Assembly (NCBI GenBank): GCA_004764695.1
Contig: SMSO01000031.1
Coordinates: forward strand, 4,936,436 to 5,000,435
Direction: 5' to 3'
Source of the DNA: Schizochytrium sp. TIO01
Lineage: Eukaryota > Protista > Bigyra: Labyrinthulomycetes
DNA length: 64,000 bases
This document shows, one piece after another, positions 33,739-46,430 of the stretch. Position numbers and translations under genes: made by a program. How positions within the stretch are numbered: position 1 is the first letter of the stretch; each line of letters starts with the position of its first letter. The notes under the pieces are model-generated. The model was not told the DNA's origin. It saw only the letters and a program-made list of their open reading frames with translations, and did no database searches.

Positions 33739-35472
33739 ATGAGCTCAAGACCTCGAGCGCATGGAGGCGCACAAGCTTCGGGTCGTAGCGAAGACCGCGG
33801 CATGTTCAGTGTGGCTGCCAAGACGCATGTTAGTGTGGTTGACCAACCTTACTCAGAATCAGAGAACGTAACCCGCGCTTTCAAGGGCGGACACCGCCTA
33901 TGCATATGGGCGTTCTCAACGCGCGTAAACGGCCTCCCACAGGATTCTGTGCGGAGTTCTGAATTCAAGGTCGGTGAACACCAATGGCGTGTGGAATGCC
34001 ACCCGGCCGGAGTTCGCTCGGAGGTCTCAGACTATGTCTCACTCTTTATTCGATACCTTGGCCCTGACGATCGAGTCACGGCACATTGGGAGCTTCGCTG
34101 CGTGAACAAAGATCCAGATCGGCATAAGGAGCGTCGCTGGATTAAAAATGATACTCATAACGTCTTTAAGAAAAATAATCGCTGGGGATGGGACAAGTTT
34201 ATGAAAAAACAAATTATCCTCGACCCCACGGAAGGCTTTTTGCACCACGATGACTGCGCAATTTTTGAAGCAGGCGTGATGCTTAACTCCATGCACAAGA
34301 CTCTAGCTAAATCAGAACTCTTTAGACACACTCCTACCTCCACAGTAAGCGAAGATCTCGTGCGCATTCTAGAGTCTGGTGACCTCAGTGACGTAGAATT
34401 TGTCTTGGAGGACGGGGGCGTGCGCCTCCGTGCACATCGACAAATTCTTGCTGCTCGAAGTAAGGTCTTTGCACGCATGTTCAGTGGGCTCTACATGGAG
34501 CATAAACCCTCATCAGAGAAATCAAGCAGCGAAATCATGATTCCGGACATAGATGGTCCAGTTTTTGAAGAGTTGCTGTTTTTCCTCTACTCAGGAAGGC
34601 TAAAGACAGACTTGTTCAAGTATGAGAAAGAGCCACGTGAGCGTCGCAAAAAAAGGCGACGAGACGGGTCAACCAAAACAGTCGAAAACGTCGCCGTAGT
34701 GGAGACAGATGGAGCAACAGAGAACAACGAGGGAGAAGTGGAGTCAGGCATGATTGTGGAAGTAACATCAAATGGAGAAAGCTCCGTCCCGTTGTCATCA
34801 CGTTTTGAGCATTTTCGCTTTGTTTTGGGATTGTTACAAGCGGCCGACAAATATGAAGTTTCTGCATTACGAGAAACTTGCGAATTGTATCTTTGCAAGC
34901 TTGTAGACTCCCACTCGGTCGTGGACTTAGTGATGCTTGCCGATATGTACAATGCAACCGAACTGAAAACCGAGTGTCTCGAATACATGGCTTGGCACCA
35001 ACCGATCACCCTCACTCGAAGGCACATCAACAAGCTCAGCAAGCAGCTTTTGGTCGAAATAATGAAGATGAGTACAGCAGACGTGGCCAGCCACGAAGCG
35101 CAGGGTAAATGCGCGGAGTCTGTAAATCACCTGTTTGTCTCAAGTTTCATCGACTTCGTCTCTCCAGACTTTTCTACACTGGTGCAAGATTATTCCAAGA
35201 ACGAACTCAAATTACGGTTGGCATTATTTGCTGTCTCAACTAAGGGAGAGCGCGTCGAGCTTGAGCGCCGCCTTCTCGGTATTGTGAACAACACGCGATC
35301 TTCCACGACCCCTACATCGGCAAGCCGCGAGACATCATCACCTCAGCAGGACTGGCGTTCATCTAAACGATCATCAGACCACAGTAAACGCTCTGATTCA
35401 TCAGCAGACGGCGAGGACTCACCGTCTCCTCCACGTACGCGAGGAGCAAACGGTGACGAACCTCACGAGTGA
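33739..35472 (+). CDS. SPOP-like MATH-BTB-BACK protein (putative Cullin-3 adaptor) with a C-terminal SAP-like motif
   Basis: MATH: SSEFKVGEHQWRVECHPAG..DYVSLFI..WGWDKFM. BTB: LSDVEFVL..AHRQILAARSKVFARMF..FEELLFFLYSG. BACK: LLQAADKYEV..L..CE..LADMYNATELK..CL. First ATG at 33739. Confidence 0.92.
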   Translation: MSSRPRAHGGAQASGRSEDRGMFSVAAKTHVSVVDQPYSESENVTRAFKGGHRLCIWAFSTRVNGLPQDSVRSSEFKVGEHQWRVECHPAGVRSEVSDYVSLFIRYLGPDDRVTAHWELRCVNKDPDRHKERRWIKNDTHNVFKKNNRWGWDKFMKKQIILDPTEGFLHHDDCAIFEAGVMLNSMHKTLAKSELFRHTPTSTVSEDLVRILESGDLSDVEFVLEDGGVRLRAHRQILAARSKVFARMFSGLYMEHKPSSEKSSSEIMIPDIDGPVFEELLFFLYSGRLKTDLFKYEKEPRERRKKRRRDGSTKTVENVAVVETDGATENNEGEVESGMIVEVTSNGESSVPLSSRFEHFRFVLGLLQAADKYEVSALRETCELYLCKLVDSHSVVDLVMLADMYNATELKTECLEYMAWHQPITLTRRHINKLSKQLLVEIMKMSTADVASHEAQGKCAESVNHLFVSSFIDFVSPDFSTLVQDYSKNELKLRLALFAVSTKGERVELERRLLGIVNNTRSSTTPTSASRETSSPQQDWRSSKRSSDHSKRSDSSADGEDSPSPPRTRGANGDEPHE

Positions 35473-36847
35473 CTTATCTACCTACTACCTACTTATTTTA
35501 CGCTCTTTTCTGTGTTTTGAAAGGTTTTACAGGTCCATCTATGTTTGGCTGTCTCTTTCCCTTTTCAAGTATCCTTTCTCTCATCCATCAGCCATACCTC
35601 CCATCTGAAACCAAAACAGTGTGAATATACGCGATATATATATGCTCACGCATCTGTCCACTTGGAAACTAAACAAATTCGCAAACATGTGCATCCGCAT
35701 GATGTCGTTTTTTAATTTCTCCTTCAACACTCATACTTTCATCTTTACTTCCTTTATACACCAATTCTTCTCGTCCATTCCCACTTCTCGATTTTGCTCA
35801 ATTATAGCTCATTCACTTCTTGAGGCCGCAAATTACAATGCAGCATGCACCTTTGAAGACGGTGCGTTAAACTTCATCAAAGTAGGTCTACATCCTCTCA
35901 GGTAGTGCGTACCCGCTTCTCTCTTTGGGGGCTTTGTCTTTTGATATGTCAGGCCTGTTTGCATTTGCTTTTGAACACCTTTACAAATTTATTTTCTCAT
36001 TTTCCCCTATTATCTTTTGCTTTTATTCATGCATTATCATGGTCAGGAATCCATGGATAGATTTGCACATGATGTTGGTTTTTACCACTACTTTTTTTCC
36101 TTGCTCTAAATGTTCATGCTAGGCTCATTTATTCAATTGGAATGACATCCGACTTTTTTTAATTAATTTTTTAATTTTTTTTCCATTTTGCAAACAAACA
36201 AAATAAACAAACCTGGAGTTTCTTGCTTTTTTTTAAATTTATTAGTATGTTGTTATATTATTCAGCTAATATCTTGGAACAAGCCAAGATTCACTATGGA
36301 GCAGGTTTTACATCCATCTGAAATACTTCTAGTATGCTTGGAAAACACTAGTAAATGACAACGACATAGTTACATATTGACAGTATAAGATTCTTATAGG
36401 CAGAATCATTCCCTCAAGTGAATTGAGTCTTGAGAACAGCTGTGTATCTGTATCGCTAGTTAAGGGTGACCGAAGATTAACAAATGAATACAAGGTGTGC
36501 AAAAGAGTCCTCGGGGACTTCAGATCCGTTCGCACTTAGACAGGCAAGAACGTGGTCGCAAGAGAGTGAGCGATAATGAGAGTAGTCAATAAGGCAATTT
36601 AATGCGCTGCGCTGCCTGTGGAGTGAGCGCATTGCACGCCTACGGTTGACCTCACTGGTTACACCATAATTCGGAGATAGAGGCTTCTACTAATAAAAAA
36701 GTCGAGTCCATTGAAAAAATAGACTGCTATTCACGCGAAGTTGTTGAGGCCTTGTGAGGGTACAGCACTTCTCTTCGAAGCACGTACATGCAGACGTGAG
36801 AAGCACCGAAACTTTTGCAGTCTTGCATAGAAGCGTTCAAAGGAAGT

Positions 36848-38822
36848 ATGTCGCAAGCAAGACATAAGCCGACGACAAATGAGTTCTATCGCTCAATTCT
36901 TGACAATGCACTTCGTGAGGAATGGAAAGAAACAGCTCCTGATGAACACCAAGAAAAGGTTGCATCTGCGCAAAGGCTCTCAAATCTTTACGGGTACAGT
37001 AAAAACTCACAAGTAGTTCGAGAAAGAGCTCGACATTTAAAACACATTGGAAGCTCCCCACACACATTATTCCATACCAAATCCTCTAGGAAACCTAGTG
37101 CAGCTGCTCAAACAGGTTTTCAGAACCGAAAACCTCTTTATAGATCTGTCTCCGCCTTAAGTGATGTCAGTCGGGGTATGCTTGACTCAGTAGTGGAGAA
37201 TCTAGATAGTATTGGCCAGTCTGGTTTTCAAGTTGAAGATGAGCGAGCCTCTGAATTAAGTAGCGACGATGGCCACGGGCTCTTTGACGAGTTACACTCT
37301 GAGATTCGATCACCCTCACAACAAGCAAGCAAGTCAAAGCAACGCAAGCATCTAAAACAGAATAGACGTCTTCTTAATGCTGCGAACTCTATGCTACACC
37401 CAGGAGCACGGGCTCCACCATGGTATACTGGTTATCAGAACTCTGCAGCTGCACCGGCGTTTGCGAATCGAGAAATTTCACAACGCTTTGGTTACGGCTC
37501 AATGCTTAATTTCCAACGTTCTCAGAATGGAATCACAAACAAATCAGTAGATCTCGGTATCACAAATGTAACACTGAAAAATTCCTTGCCTAAATATCGT
37601 GGTGATGACGCAATTATCGATGAATACAAACCCCCATTATCTGGTCAGCCTGGTGCGTGGCCCTTAGAAGGAGCTTACGTGTCAGGCTCTAATCTTCGTC
37701 CTAAGGAGGTTCTCCCTGAGCTTACCAAACATCTCAAGGAATACAATGTCCGGATTCGCGAAGGTGTCGAAGAAATGAATACTTCTATTATGCTCGAGCA
37801 GCATCAGGCGGATCTTCATCGATCAACATTTGCTGCTGCACGTCCTAAAATTGAAATCCATCCTCTCACTGGCAAGCCGGTTGAATTGGCAAATCAACTT
37901 ATTTCAGAAATCCCACGTATGCGCTATCTCCAAGGTGCAACTGTCCTCACGGAGAAGGTTGAAGACGAAACAGCATTGGAAAAGCTAATCGCTAAGCAAC
38001 AGCAGCAACTTCATGCCATGATTTCCCTCAAGTGGTCCGAATCTCTATACTTGTACAAGCTCCTCCGTGCTCTCTCTGTGCAACTACGACCTGGTCTAGA
38101 CGAGTTTTTCACGCTGATGAATGATATTCGTAATGCAGTCGCGAACACTGAAGAGCATCGAGATTCGTTGCTGATGATGACAGAGAGTAAAGTAAATGCT
38201 GCATTTGATCACACCGAAGGTTTCCTGGAATCAGTTGCAATAACGGACTCCTCCTTGTTAAACCTTGAGCGAAGTATTGAAGCTGAAACCGAATCAAAGT
38301 CACAACCTGGTGATGAATCTGCTCATATTCTTCCTGGAAGTAAAATGATTGATCGCGAGACATTTGCTAATGTCGTGTGTGCACATTTTGAGCATGCTGA
38401 CCGTCGGCGAGTTAACAAGTTGTACTCTGGTTTTGATCCTCACCGGATTGATGAGGTTGATTATCGTATAATTATGGCTACTCAACGCTGTTTCTGGAAG
38501 TATAACAGTGAATCTATGAGCGACAAATTAATCTCCTTATTTGACATCATGGATAGTCATGATCAAAACGGAGTCATATCCGCCGATGATTTGTTGAGCA
38601 TTTTGCGAACCTGCGCGGCAACTGAAAACGAGGAATTAGATATAATTGATGCTTCTCGAACGGCGCTAGGGCATGCCGTTATCGACCATACCTTATTGAG
38701 TGAACCTGGTTTTTTACACCGAGATGAATTTATCCAGGCTCTTTCGTACCTTCCAAGCGCAATGCCACTCTTGACCATGTTTGAAAAGCAACTTCAAAGT
38801 AGACTTGAAATCCTTCTTAACA

Positions 38823-38854
<32 letters not shown>

Positions 38855-38920
38855 CAACAACTGCAACAACAATCATTGCCATCTCGTGGAAGTGTCGCTT
38901 CGTCAAATGAACATAAATGA
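36848..38920 (+). CDS. Hypothetical protein with C-terminal EF-hands and polyQ
   Basis: LYSGFDPHRIDEVDYR and LFDIMDSHDQNGVISADDL form calcineurin-B/NCS-like EF-hand loops; Q-tract at ~38824-38871. First ATG at 36848. Confidence 0.8.
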
Positions 38921-39046
38921 AATATCCTTACAGAATACCTTCTTAAATTAACAAGGCTTATTTCTATAGACTACTTACTCTACCTTTTACACTTATGCAT
39001 ATGCAAGTATCATTGACATGTGCTAGAAGTACCAGTACATGATGAC

Positions 39047-42000
39047 TTAAGCAACAGATTTACGGGATTTCTTCTTCTTCTTGCGCTTGTGCTCAGAGGG
39101 AGTTCCCTCGTCCAAGTCCAACTTGTCCCTGTTGCTTTTCGTTGAAGGTGTGTCCACCATACTGCGCTTGCGCTTGCCGGCAACTTTAACTTTACTACCT
39201 GAAGTCTTAGCAGGTGTCAATCTAGGCAGTGTGGTTTCTTCTTCACTTCCAGAAGATGCGTCAACGTTTGTGGTACGTTTATTTTTCTTCTTTGATGACG
39301 TAACCTTGATCACGGGTGACATATCAGATGTATCATGTGCTGACTTAACATGGTCCCTCCCTTTCTTGCTATCCTTTTTTCTCCACTTTTCATCTTCATT
39401 TCTGCTCTTCGTTTTTTTCCGGGAGGATGAGGAATCAGACTTTGAGCTCTTCTTATAGACTTTGCTGCTTCGGCGATGTTTAGATGAGCCCGCTACATCA
39501 CTCTCTTCAGAATCGGAATAATCATACGAAGAGGACACAGAAGAATCATCGGCATGCTTGCGCTTCTTTTTTGATGATGTAACTACAACCTTGCGGGAGT
39601 TCTTTTTTGCTTTTCCTCGTCGCTTTGCCCTGTCATCATCTTCAGACGAGGAGGACTCAGATGAAGCTGAGAAATTGCGATTCCTCGTGCTCTGGCGATT
39701 GCGGCGATATGTTTCTTCGTCGGAGTCATCATCAGATGAGGGAGAGCTGTAAACAGAAGACTTCGTTGATTTCCGCTTAGGAGTTACAACCACAACACTC
39801 TGCTTGTTTTTCTTCTTCTTCTTGGATCTATCATCGCGTTTGCTAGCAGACCGAGAATGTTTGTCCCGAGATCTCATTTCCACAGCATCCGAATCTTCAT
39901 TCGATGACGATTCGTCGAGATCTGACGAAGACTCATCATTCTGAGATCTATGTTTTCTGGACTTGCTCTTCTTCGTCGAGGGTGTTGTTGTAACCACAAC
40001 GGGCTTTGATTTTGAAGATTTTGACCCAGACTTCCGTTTGCTTGATAATCTATGCCGGTTTTCCTCCATATCACTATCACTCTCCGATGCCTCAGATTCA
40101 GAATCAGAGGGTATATACTTTGAGGTGCGTTTTGAGCGTGATGAGACTACAACAGTTTTATCTGCCATGTTCTTTGACTTTCGAATACTGCGAGCCTCGA
40201 CTTCACTTTCGTCACTACTTTCAACACCACTACTACCAGAGCTATCCTCAGCATTCCTAGATGAGTATTTAGAGGATCCATCCTCCTGTTTAGCTTTACT
40301 TTTACTTTGCCTTTTTACTGTAGATGAGCTTTTAGATGCCCCAGCAGCGTCAGTACTACGCACCTTGCCCCTTTCAGAGACGGATACATTACTATCATCA
40401 ACAGATGTAGCCTTTTCATGCATCTCTGTCTCGTCCTTCGACTTTGCAGCTGCTTTCTTAGTCCTCTTTGGTTTTGCGGTTGTGGGCTTGGCTTCCTTGT
40501 CGTCTGCAGGTTCGGGCTTTTTGTCGACATCAGGCTTGTCAACAACAGTAGCTTCCTTTGCAGCGAACCGAGCAGCCAGTCTTGCAGCTGCAGCTTTGGC
40601 TTCGTCTTCCAAGTACAGACTCTCCTTCGGCAGAAGCAGCATCCGCACTCGTCTTTTTAGATGAAGTTGTTGCCTTTTTCGGTGAAGACGCCTGCTTTTT
40701 AGCAGGAGTCCCTGCTTTCTTTTTTGCTGATGTCGTTTCCTTGACAGATTTACCTTCATCTTCCACAGTTTTACTCGCCTTTGAGGGTTTTACGGCTTTC
40801 TTTGAGCTGTCAGCTCCCTTCTTTGAAGAATTGACAGGGTCGACATCACCTCTAGCTTCGGCATCTGAAATCTGTGCGTCGCTGGCCTTCTTAGATGACT
40901 TTGGCTCCGTTTTCTTTGCAGTAGACTTTTTCTTTGTAGGAGTTTCTTCATTTGAGGTAGCTACAGGAGACGCGATAATTTCTGTCGAAGGAGAATCCTT
41001 CTTAGCTGCATATTTTGCAATCAGCTTGGCTGCTGCTGCTTTAGCTTCGTCTTCCAAGTTTGAAGAGTCTTCAGGTTTAGAATTATCAGTGGTCAATTCC
41101 CTCCGTCCCTTTGAAGTAGAGGTTTCTTTACTCGCCTTCTTAGAAGCAGAGCTGGGTGTTGCCTCTGACTTCTTAGCAGCAGCTTCTAACTTCTTAGCAG
41201 CAGCCTCCGACTTCTTCTTAGCAGCCGCCTCCAACTTTTTAGCAGCCGCCTCAGACTTCTTCTTAGCAGCCGCCTCCAACTTCTTAGCAGCTGCCTCTGA
41301 TTTCTTGGCAGCTGCCTCTGATTTCTTTTTAGCAGCCGCCTCCAACTTCTTAGCAGCTGCCTCTGATTTCTTGGCAGCTGCCTCTGATTTCTTGGCAGCT
41401 GCCTCTGATTTCTTGGTTGCTGCCTCCGACTTCTTGGTAGCCGACTCTGATTTTTTGGTTGCTGCCTCTGATTTCTTAGCTGATGCCTTAGACTTTGTTG
41501 GTGTTGAGGCTTTTGTTGTTGCCTTGGACTTTGATGTGGCTGGTGACTTTTCTGAAATGCTGTTGTCACCTTCGGCCAGAATTTCATAAACTGCAGCAAT
41601 CTCCTCTGGCGAATGAGTATCGACATTGGATATTACTGCTTCCTTAGTTGCAAATCTAGCAGCAAGTTTTGCAGCTGCAGCCTTTGCTTCTTCCTCCAAG
41701 GACTTCTGCTTCTGAAGCAAACTTTCATCAGAAGCGACCACGGGCCCGAGAGAGCTCTCCTTTGTAACTTCAATACCAGCCATAGCACTAGACCCCGCCT
41801 CAGTGGTCTCCATTACTGATGTGTTAGATACAAGGGTCACTGCAGTTGGTGCGGCAGCACTACTATCGGAAAGAATATGATCATCAGCACGGGAACCATC
41901 TGTAATTTGGGGGGTCTCAGAAGACGTAGCTACTTGGGTTGGATTAGGCTCATTCATATCGGTGTCTCTATCCTTTTGTTCGTAAGTCGTGAAGGTGGTC

Positions 42001-45000
42001 AAACCAAAGGAGTTGTTATTCTCTGTCATAATAACATCATTCGCCCCTTCTCGTACCTGTTCACTACTTTCCACGTTCATGGCTTCCTTTCCAGTCTCCT
42101 GAGTCATAGTACTCTCAACTTGGTTTCTACCTTCCGTGATACATGCTGCAGCTGTATGGGCAGTATTTGCATTGGAGTCATCAGCGCCAAAAAGGTCCTC
42201 ATCGCTGTCGTCAAGTAAGACCTTTCGCATGCGTGTTCCACGAGTCTCTTGTTTACTTGATTCTGTGGATTTGCTATTTTTTGGGGGTGCATCTTCCTTG
42301 GAAGCGTCATCCTCACCATCTTCGTCATCCTCATCCAGGAGTACCTTGCGCTTCCGCTTCTCTTCTTTTGCACCGTTTTGGAGGGATTTCTTGGTAGATC
42401 CTAGCTGGATGCCGTCATCGCTCTCATCGGCACTGTCATCACCGCTGTCACTGCTCGCTTCCTCTTCTTCCTCCTCATCATCGAAAACAACAAAGCCGTC
42501 ATCTTCATAATCGTCGTCGGGGCCTTGACCCTCGTCATCATCACTGCCAGCAACTAAATCTTCTCCCTCGCTACCATCATCCATCTCATCGTCATCTTCG
42601 GCTTCATCTTCGATGAGACTGTGTGCATTTCGAGTATTGCGAGTATTGAGAGTAATCAAATCACTTGTCTGGGCTGGCACGGGTTCTTGCTTTTCCTCTA
42701 GGTTCTCTTCCGTACTATCTTTAGCTCTAGCCTTGCTCCGTACCTCGCGGAGGCGCGCACGGAACTCATCACGATTGAGAGGTTTGGACGGGTCTTTAAC
42801 AACCTTAATTCCCTGTTCACGGGCGTTTTCTTCGGCTAACCTCTTCTGCTCGGCATCTACAACAACCCCTTCTTCATCATCATAATCAGATTCTTCCTCA
42901 GACTCATTCTGCAGAATCGCGGTCGCTTTGAAGAGCGATGCAGGAAAGATTTGATCGGGCGCATACCTATTGACATTGTATACAATAGTGAGAACAAGGG
43001 GGTCTTCCTCCAAAAACACCTTCAACACCATTTTATCAAAGGTCATGATGTTAGCATCTGAAAGGTCAAAGGCCAAAGTTCCTACACCATCATCGATTGT
43101 GCCCCTAACCTCCACAAATGCTTCATTAGATTCACCTTCGACACGCGATTTGTAGCGTGATGCCTCCGATTTTTCCAAGCGTAGGCTGGCCTTGATGTCG
43201 TGTACGTAGCCACGTCTTCCATATGTTGAGGTAAGAGCATTAGGTGTCACAAGGACAGGGAAGCCATTTTCCTCCTCGGCTTGAAGCTGCATTAAGCAAA
43301 CCTTGAGATACCACATCTTTGACTCATCCAGTTTTCCTCGGCGCAAGCAAATGGGCATAATGTCTTGGTCAGCAGGCAAGCCAAACGCAATATGTGTTTC
43401 ACCATGACTACGATCAAGCACGACTGAACGATCTAGCTTCAGACCTGTGAGAATTTGAAATGAGTCCTCTCGAATAAGCTGCATCTTCGCAGCAACACCT
43501 TCAAGATCATTGCCAGTCAAAGCCTCCCAGGCAGCGCTAAATTCACGAAGTTCTACAAGCTCGCCTTTTTGCTCCGTGAGCTTGGGGAAGAGGCGTTGGA
43601 TGACAGACCACAACGGTCTTGAAACCGAAAACTTCTTCAAACACGTCAGGCAAAGGTTTGCACGGCAAGTTGGGCATTGGACAGCACCTGTGCTTTCACT
43701 GGGTAGTTCGACCAGAGCCCGTGCCAGACATACACGGCAGAAAGCATGACCGCACGAAGTCGCCACAGGTTTAAACATAACTCCAAGGCAAAGCCCACAA
43801 GTAACATCCTCGCCTAGCTGTTCTAGACCACCTGCAAGAAGACGTCCATCGAGTTCTAGATCAGGTTGGTTCCTGCGTTTTTCTGCCTCTTCCTCGTCTT
43901 CATCCTTCACTTCAAATCCATATTGACGTCGGACATGATTGAGCGATACATAATTATCGTCGTCACTATCATTGTCATCATCACTCGAATCTCGCTCAAG
44001 CTCGGAGCGAATAGACTGTATCTTGTTTCGAACATGAGCACCTTCTTCGTCACTACTGCTAGAGTTGGATTCAGAGTCAGAATCATTGTCATTACCGCGG
44101 TTACTATTATCGTTCGTACCAGCTGATGTAGCTTTTGTGAATCCGTGAGATGCTCTCTTTTCCGCATTACTACCCTCGGAATTTCTATCCGTTTGATCTC
44201 CGAGAAGTGGCTTAAGTTTTTCACGTTTTCCACTGTGGCTTTCAGAGTTAACATGAGTTTCCGAGTTGAGGCCAGACTTTCCAGGGAAAGATTTTACGAG
44301 AGTTTTGACATTACTCGATTTTTGCTTCTTTTCGACTTCATCCTCGTCACTGCTACTGTTCGAGTCGTAGGCCTTGTTGCCATCCGCAGCACCGTGCTTC
44401 TTTCTATTTTTCGTAGTCGAATCAGGATTCTTAACAGATTTCTTACTCGCTGTAATTTCATCCTTACCATCACCCGTGCCAAGTTTGTCAGATTCTCGCA
44501 ATTGTCCCTTTCTGGAATTAGTACGTTCACCAGGTTTTGATTTAGTATCCGCACTATCAACCATTTTCTCATCATCATCATCCTCGCTACTACTGTCTTC
44601 TGAGTCAGAATTTTCCAGCACAAGGTTTTTCCTGGGAACATTCGTAGAGGTCTTTTGCCTGGAAAGTGTGTTAGAATCCTCCATTTTCTCGTCATCATCG
44701 TCGTCGTCACTGCTACTATTACCATCGGAAGCATCATCTACCATTTTAGTATTTTTAGCAACAGATGAAGAACCCTCCTGACTTGATTTAACGTCTCCGT
44801 TTTCAGCGTCATCCGAGTCGTCGTCGCTGCTGCTGCTGCCATCTGAATCGTCGTCTTTCGTCTTGTCCTTCTTAGAGGCTACGGAAGCAATTTGTGATGA
44901 CTTCTTGTGTGCATCGCTAGGTTCGTCGTCGTCATTATCTGAAGCATCATCGTCACTGCTACTATCTTCTGAATCAGACTCTTTGGTTTGTTTTGCTTTG

Positions 45001-46430
45001 GTTGGAGAAGCCACAGTTTTCTTTTGACTTTCCTTCTTGCCTGAAACATTGGCCTCATCCTCCTCCGATTCATCATCTTCGTTGCTACTCTCATCTGAGT
45101 CAGCAGGTTGCGACTTCTCCTTCTTCGTAGAGGCAACCAAAGAAGCTCCTTTTTGACCAGACTTCTTATCTGTCTTGGCAGTTTCACTATTGCTATCATC
45201 CGAGTCAGCGTCTTTAGCTTGTGTATTTTCTGCGAGGACAATTTTTTTCTGACTAGTCTTTTTGGTGCCATTAACTCCTTCATCATCATCGTCGTCGCCG
45301 TCGTCGCTGCTACTGTCATCAGAATCATCATCCTTCACCTGATCCTTTTTAGATCCAACGTCGTTTTTACCTGATTTATCATGATCGTCATCATCACTGC
45401 TACTGTCGCTCGAATCAGCATCTTCATTCTTTAGAGCAGTATTTTTGGCATCTTTCGGACCAGATTTAGAGGTCGCATTTTCTTCCTCGTCACTGCTACT
45501 GTCATCTGATTCATCAAGACTTGTCCGAACCTCTTTCAAGGCAGGTGGAGCAGCCTTGGAAGGTTGAGCAGAAGCTGATTTTTTGTCATCGTTGCTATAG
45601 AGCGTTTCCTTAGCAAGCGTCTCAGACTTAGTGGAGGTACTGGAATTATTAGCACGGATTGCGGTAGTACCCTCTTCGTCGCTACTACTATCTATACGAA
45701 GGAGAGTTTTATTAAAGCTTGCAACCTTTTTGTGAATATTCTGTTGAGGTGTAGACTTTAAGAGGATTCCAGTGTCACTTTCATCATCGCTGCTGCTACT
45801 GCTATCAGACTTATCCTCAGTAGGTTTCTTAGTTTTATCTTTAGCAGCGAATGCGTTAAGAGTCTTGTGATCTTTGTCGCTGCTTGGCGTGCCACTGCTT
45901 GAACTACTAGTATCATCAGCCTCTAAACGTGGTCCGTTTGCCGTATGTTTCGTGGCCATCTTTAAGGCACCATTGACACCCTGTTGTTCGTCATCATCAT
46001 CGCTGCTACTGCTACTGAGACCATCGTCATTAGCAGGCCCAACAGCAGCTGCTGGGCGAGCTCGCATCGGTTGTTGGATTCCAGAGTCACTCTCACTACT
46101 GCTTGAGCTACTTTCATCATCTACTTTCTGGCCAGGATACGTTTTCAGGTTCTCTTCTTCCTCCTCGCTGCTACTACTGCTGCTGCTGTTTTGATCGTAT
46201 TGTTTCTCCTCAATATTCGAAACAGCTGCCCGCTGCTCTCCCTTCTGCTTAGCTGGGGTGCGGTTCTGCTTATTGTTAGCTGGCTTCGGGCTAACTTCTG
46301 ACGCATTCCCATGCTTTTTTGAACTAACGGTTCTTGCGGCATTTTTGTTCTTCGCCTGTGGCGTTTGCTTGCGTCGATTCTCGAAGCGGGGCCTGCCGTT
46401 TACAGTCTTGGCAACTTGAGAGCGCCTCAT
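39047..46430 (-). CDS. Giant (~2460 aa) low-complexity Nopp140/SRP40-like protein with a central C3HC4 RING finger, split by one +1 frameshift near 40613-40616
   Basis: Alternating S/D-rich and K-rich blocks. RING CGLC..PVATSCGHAFCRVC..CPTCR at 43799-43662. The motif LE(E/D)EAKAAAA(K/R)L occurs twice in the upstream ORF and once right after the frameshift in ORF 39047-40759. Confidence 0.8.
41160..41480 (-). repeat. Coding minisatellite of 21/24-nt units encoding (K)K(S/L)EAAAK
   Basis: Tandem variants of ttcttagcagctgcctctgat, translating as AKKSEAAAKKLEAAAKKK. Confidence 0.9.

Noticed and set aside
12160-40620. Genome-wide stop-codon-dependent programmed +1 frameshifting (Euplotes-like)
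   Set aside because: The two sites share no slippery motif, and the second shift occurs well before its stop. Assembly error is more parsimonious.
41160-41480. Phage side-tail-fibre-like AAKKSE repeats as a sign of a viral insert
   Set aside because: The repeats are in frame within a eukaryotic RING protein and no viral genes are nearby; this is low-complexity convergence.
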